A DNA stretch of 64,000 nucleotides from the NCBI GenBank assembly GCA_037447605.1, contig CM074817.1, positions 1,364,001 to 1,428,000 of the forward strand, written 5' to 3'. Positions 59,600 to 64,000 of the stretch are shown piece by piece (position 1 is the first letter of the stretch; every line of letters starts with the position of its first letter). The notes beneath the pieces are model-generated. The model saw nothing but the letters and a program-made list of their open reading frames with translations, was not told the origin of the DNA and did no database searches. The DNA is from Zygnema circumcarinatum SAG 698-1b (lineage: Eukaryota > Plantae > Zygnematophyceae). Made by a program: the position numbers and the translations under genes.

Positions 59600-59722
59600 C
59601 AATCCAACGGCGATGACTCTCCCACTTGTCCACGTGGCATATCCAACGGTAACATTGCAAAAGCTGGTGCCTATCCAACGGTTGGAAATATCCCACGTGT
59701 CCACGTGGCACATCCAACGGCA
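59600..59722. promoter_or_regulatory. Four ATCCAACGG (MSA-like) motifs, two coupled to CCACGTGGC, upstream of dnaN
   Basis: ccacgtggcatatccaacgg (59630-59649) and ccacgtggcacatccaacgg (59701-59720), plus solo copies at ~59602 and ~59673. Confidence 0.5.
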
Positions 59723-60051
59723 ATCCGAGATCTCGCATTGCTTGAATCCCAAACACGGTGGAATCTGCACGTGTGAGTTGAACATGACTACGACGAGTTC
59801 AAAAGTTCAATTCCAAAATCCCGCCCTAAAATCCTATAATCTCATGTCCATTCGTTTTGAACAAAAAGAAATAATCTCTTGAAAACACGACGACGAATTT
59901 TCAAATGTTAGGAAAGGCTCGGACATGAAATGCAGCGGCGGTTGTCGACCCGTGCGGCTGCTGGAGAGGGAGAGGGAGAGAGAGGGAGAGGTGAGAGGAG
60001 AGGGAGAGGAAGAGGGAGAGGGAGAGGGAGAGGGAGAGGAGGGAGAGGGTT

Positions 60052-63000
60052 ATGGCCGCAGCGCCTGCAGTCCTGGCGCCATGGCGGATATCGCACACGC
60101 GGTGCCGCATATGCTATGCACAGACAGAAGGTCAGGACGGAAATTGTTGCCAATTGGCGTTTGCTTCTCTAGAAATTCCTGACAATCATCCACTAATAAT
60201 ATAATCCTACTCCTTGTGATGCAGGTTTTGCAGGATTGTTAAATAATCAAAACATTGGGGCCACTGACAACATACCGCCTCTCAAGATAACCTTAAAGGC
60301 GGGAGATTTCCGCGCGGCAGTTGGCCGAGTGCTGCCCGCCATCAGCAAAAAGTCACTTTCAAACTCACTTTTTGAACATGGCATGTGTTTTTCCCCAACT
60401 TGATATGGAAGGGTTGTGTTGGGTGTGAACATGGCATGAAAATAACTTTCGACATTCATAGTAGCCATGTCCAGTGGTCTATTCTTTGTTTATTCGGTAC
60501 TGAATTCGAACGAAAGAGAACCGTTCCAGATTTTCTTCTACTACTGGGATTGACGTTTTTATGTGAAGGCTTTGTTGCGGTTATTTTGTCGTCTTTAGCT
60601 TATGTCAATAACTCGGAATGCAAAGAGGCCTATCTGATTATTTCTCTGGAAGCAGTTGACGATTATCTGATTTATGAAGTAATGGAAGGAATGAAGAGTA
60701 TTGTGATAAATGCAAACTTGGTCATTGATTTAGCAATGTCGTTAACTTTTGTCTACATTGAATATTTTCTATTTCGATGCATATAAGATTGATTTATGCT
60801 GTCTGACTATCAAAGGCAAAACGAGAGATAAAATTGATTGTTTGTTGGCTAATATACTAACTAGCGTTCATTAAGCAAAGTGGTGAGTTCCTTGTTTGGG
60901 TGTTGACAGTTCTTTTGGAGGTTGAGCCTAACAACGATTCTGAAGGACATGCTACGGTGATGGCAACCGACGGAATGCTCGCTTTGAAGTGTCCAGTTCA
61001 AGTAGAAGGAGTGATTTCAGGAGGTATGGCAGCAGTGCCTGGAAAACTGTTGTTTGACCTCCTGGGCCAAGAAGGTGCTACGACTTCACTGCAGGTGCTT
61101 AGCTCCACTTTTTGCCCTCCTGCATCCCTCCCTCAGTTGCTGGTCCATTTGGGGAAGGCATTATTGAAACCCGAAGCTGTTTCATGGAGAGGAGCACATG
61201 CTTTTGACTACTGGGCAGTGAAGTGGAACAGTATCATGTGGCCACTGTTTCATATGCCAGTCGAAGGTTAGGGTTTTAGTTTCTCATAATGAAGGTTCAA
61301 GAGTTAAGGGCATTTAAAGTCCGGTCTAGACGAGCTCAGCAGACCTTCCTTGTTCGTGCCAAGGATTATGGACTTTCACTTTTCATGTTGTACGTAATCG
61401 GTCAGAGCAAGCAGATGAATGATGCAGTGTGTGGTAAGAGACGATATAAGTACACCATAGTTTTGTCTGCTTGAGAGACTCACACGAGCTTCTGTTGGTG
61501 ATGGCGTGATGCATAGATCAGCGCCAATAAGGGCGGCGCAGGGCTGACTCTCAAAAACGGCCGGTCGGCCACAATTGGTCTTCGAGGAGAGAACGCAGAG
61601 GACTTTCCAGCAATGCCCAAAGTGAAGCCTGCTGTAAAAGTGAGCTCAGTCTCTTTCTTCTACTTAGAACCCTAATGGCCCTCTTTAGAGCCGTGAAACC
61701 CACCTGTGAGAGCAGCCATAGGGTAAACAACATGCAATGCAATGATGACCAACTCTGAATCTCATTAACTGCTCGATTTCTTCAAATTTCGATCAAAATT
61801 TCTTCAGCAAAAAGGCTGCGCTCCTTTATTTCATAAAAAAATTGATATGAATTACACACTGGCTGCGTGACTATTTCCTACAGATGGTTGTACAACGCGG
61901 TGTCCTGCGAGATGCCCTTTTGAGAACACGAATTGCAGCTGCACGGGAGGACGAGAGCCGACAAAACCTCAGCAGTGTGGTGCTCGGACTGTCTGCAGGG
62001 CAAGCTGTGCTCTTAGCCACGGATGGAAGACTGTTCGCTCGTCTCACATTTGCTCCCAAGGCAAGGCACATGTGCATCCCTGCCATGGCATGGCATGGCA
62101 TGGGGGGGGAGACCCGCATCCCCACATCCGCTACCATGAGCTGATTTTGTGAGTTCTCTCTCGTGAACAGCACGGAGACCAATTGGCTGAAGCTGAAGCT
62201 GAGGCTGAAGCTGGGAGCGTGGTGGTCAAGGAAGACTATGTTCTGCGTTGCTGGGAAAGCATTTATCTGAAAGGAGGACCTTACCAGGGTCAAGGGCTAC
62301 GCTGATTTGTGTGACAAGTTTGAGAATCATGTTGGTTTCTATGTTGAATGGAAGGTCCATGGTTGATTGGTGGGGGCAGGTTGATCCAAACTTCGTTGGC
62401 ACCTTCATTTTGCCATTACGTGCGGTGGATGAAATTTGTCGTGCATTTGGGGGAGTTCCGAAAGCAGCTTCCAAAAGGGCGCAAGAGGCTGCAAGGCAGC
62501 TGGATGAACAGGAGGTGACGGTTGAACTTCAGCGAGAGAGAGTTGCAATTCATCTCCTTGACGGGTGGGAATAGTGACCCTTCAAAATTGGATCCAATTG
62601 GGGAACAGAGTTTTGTCAGTCGGCACTGTTGAAAAAAGGTCCTGTCTATTGTGGTTTGGACCAGTAAGTGAATGATTAACTTTGCGGGTAATTCGAGGTA
62701 ATCTGAAAGGCTGACTCAGTTACTGCTCTTTGTTGACTGTTCTTTGCTCTGCTTCGTTCAACGGTGTTGTGTCAGACAGTACAACCTTGGGAAGCCAATT
62801 GTTGATTGGCGACTATCCCGACCTTTCCCCCTTGATGAATAGAGAGCCCAAGGTGAGAATGGGTGGAGGACCACATGTATAGCTATCCTCCTTGAAGCTA
62901 CGTCGCACAAATTAGCTTTTTTTTTGTACTTCATGTTTTCACCTTTTAATTGTGTCATGGCCTTATCTAAACGTCATCCAACACGCGCTTGAGAACCGAG

Positions 63001-63740
63001 TGCAGGTGACCTTGAGTTTAGACCGACAAGAGCTTATTTCACATTTACGCAAAGTGGCACTCTTTTGTGGGAAATCGAGTGACAAAAGCGCTAAGGGCGT
63101 GCATATGGCTCTTCGTTCGAGTGTGCTTTCATTGAGTGTCTCCAGCTCTCATGCAGGCGAATACCAGGTAAGCCTTCACCACTTATTAAATATAGCATTG
63201 AATTTGAACCCCGAGACTCTGAGAGTTTCTGTTCCTCATTTCCACTAGCACCTTGAGCAAACGATCACTAATCTTCCTATATCGGGTAACATCTTTACAG
63301 CAACTGAAAAAGATTCAATGGGAAAGATTGTCTTGTAGAGTTTCAAGTTCATACAACGTACTTTCTTAATCGGATGTGCAGGCATTCATGGAGGTCGAAT
63401 ATGATGGAGCGCCAATGGATATTGGCTTCAATCCCCTTCTATTGGCGGACATCCTGCAGCATGTAGATGGAGGTAAGGAAACCTCGCTAACTAAAGACTA
63501 CCTTGTAGTGGAGTATAGTCAAGTCAAGTTTATTCTAAATCACGTCACTGACGCGGTTCACTGGTGCCTGAGAGCATTTTTTTTAAGAGTATTTTTTAAT
63601 TGGGACCTAACGCAGTCTCGTCTGAAACAGACATAGTCAGTTTGGGCCTTACAAGGCATGGAGGGAGCGGCACAGCTATCATTCGCGATGATGTGGCTAC
63701 TTTTATTCTTGGGGGGCTCGTGGATCCGGCGGATCCCTGA
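60052..63740 (+). CDS. dnaN: Nuclear, intron-containing bacterial-type DNA polymerase III beta sliding clamp with a putative organellar transit peptide
   Basis: Exons 60052-60130, 60225-60380, 60910-61094, 61517-61639, 61884-62060, (optional ~62170-62226), 62380-62564, 62780-62852, 63006-63167, 63382-63472, 63616-63740 join without stops. All three clamp domains are visible: LKITLKAGDFRAAVGRVLPAISKK...HVLLEVE...ATDG...AVPGKLLFDLL; NAEDFPAMP; RQNLSSVVL...LLATDGRL; ILPLRAVDEI; SQLLIGDYPD; LDRQELISHLRKV; VEYDGAPMDIGFNP. Confidence 0.85.
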
Positions 63741-64000
63741 GTGCAAGTAAGGAGGAAGGTAATTAGGAAGGTGCTCTTAGGGTACGACCATGGGTTGACT
63801 TTTGTGGGACTGAGGGGCTTTGAGGGTCTCAATCGTTGTATTTGACTTTAAGCCTGAAACTTCACGTTCTGCTCTCTTATGTGATGGTTCGATGTATGAC
63901 GTCGCCCCACATTGACCTGCAATAAACGCAGTTCTATGCCTTCTCCGTCCTACTTTGGTGTTAGAACCATCGGGAATAATTCCTTTCTCTGCAATTTTGC

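Noticed and set aside
59925-60182. Starts at 59925 or 59930 (GE/RG-repeat N-terminus) for dnaN
   Set aside because: Neither frame splices in phase with exon 2. Only the ATG at 60052 gives the phase-1 junction, so the GA tract is 5' UTR.
60052-63740. Bacterial contamination as the source of dnaN
   Set aside because: Nine to ten spliceosomal introns, and the gene is contiguous with host SSADH on the same strand.

Overview
Eukaryotic nuclear DNA with spliceosomal introns, long GA/CCCACT microsatellites and short N-gaps. The gene set points to a streptophyte (charophyte alga or early-diverging land plant); the species cannot be fixed from sequence alone. Nine intron-containing host genes were reconstructed: a small conserved Lys-rich protein, an F-box/WD40 protein, a 2OG-Fe(II) prolyl-3-hydroxylase-like oxygenase, API5, an Agenet/G2484-1-like protein, an unassigned type-I membrane protein, eIF3c, SSADH, and an apparently intact 10-11-exon bacterial-type DNA polymerase III beta sliding clamp (dnaN) with a transit-peptide-like leader. 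Two accessory regions stand out. 0.5-9.4 kb holds a tandem TRIM retroelement whose LTRs contain a tRNA-like module, and a virus-type D5/SF3 helicase fragment inserted into a decayed repeat-protein gene. 36.5-40.7 kb is a nest of a CRE-type LINE, an hAT MITE and a ~1.07 kb foldback. A composite ACGTGGC-N2-ATCCAACGG motif recurs in arrays upstream of three genes.
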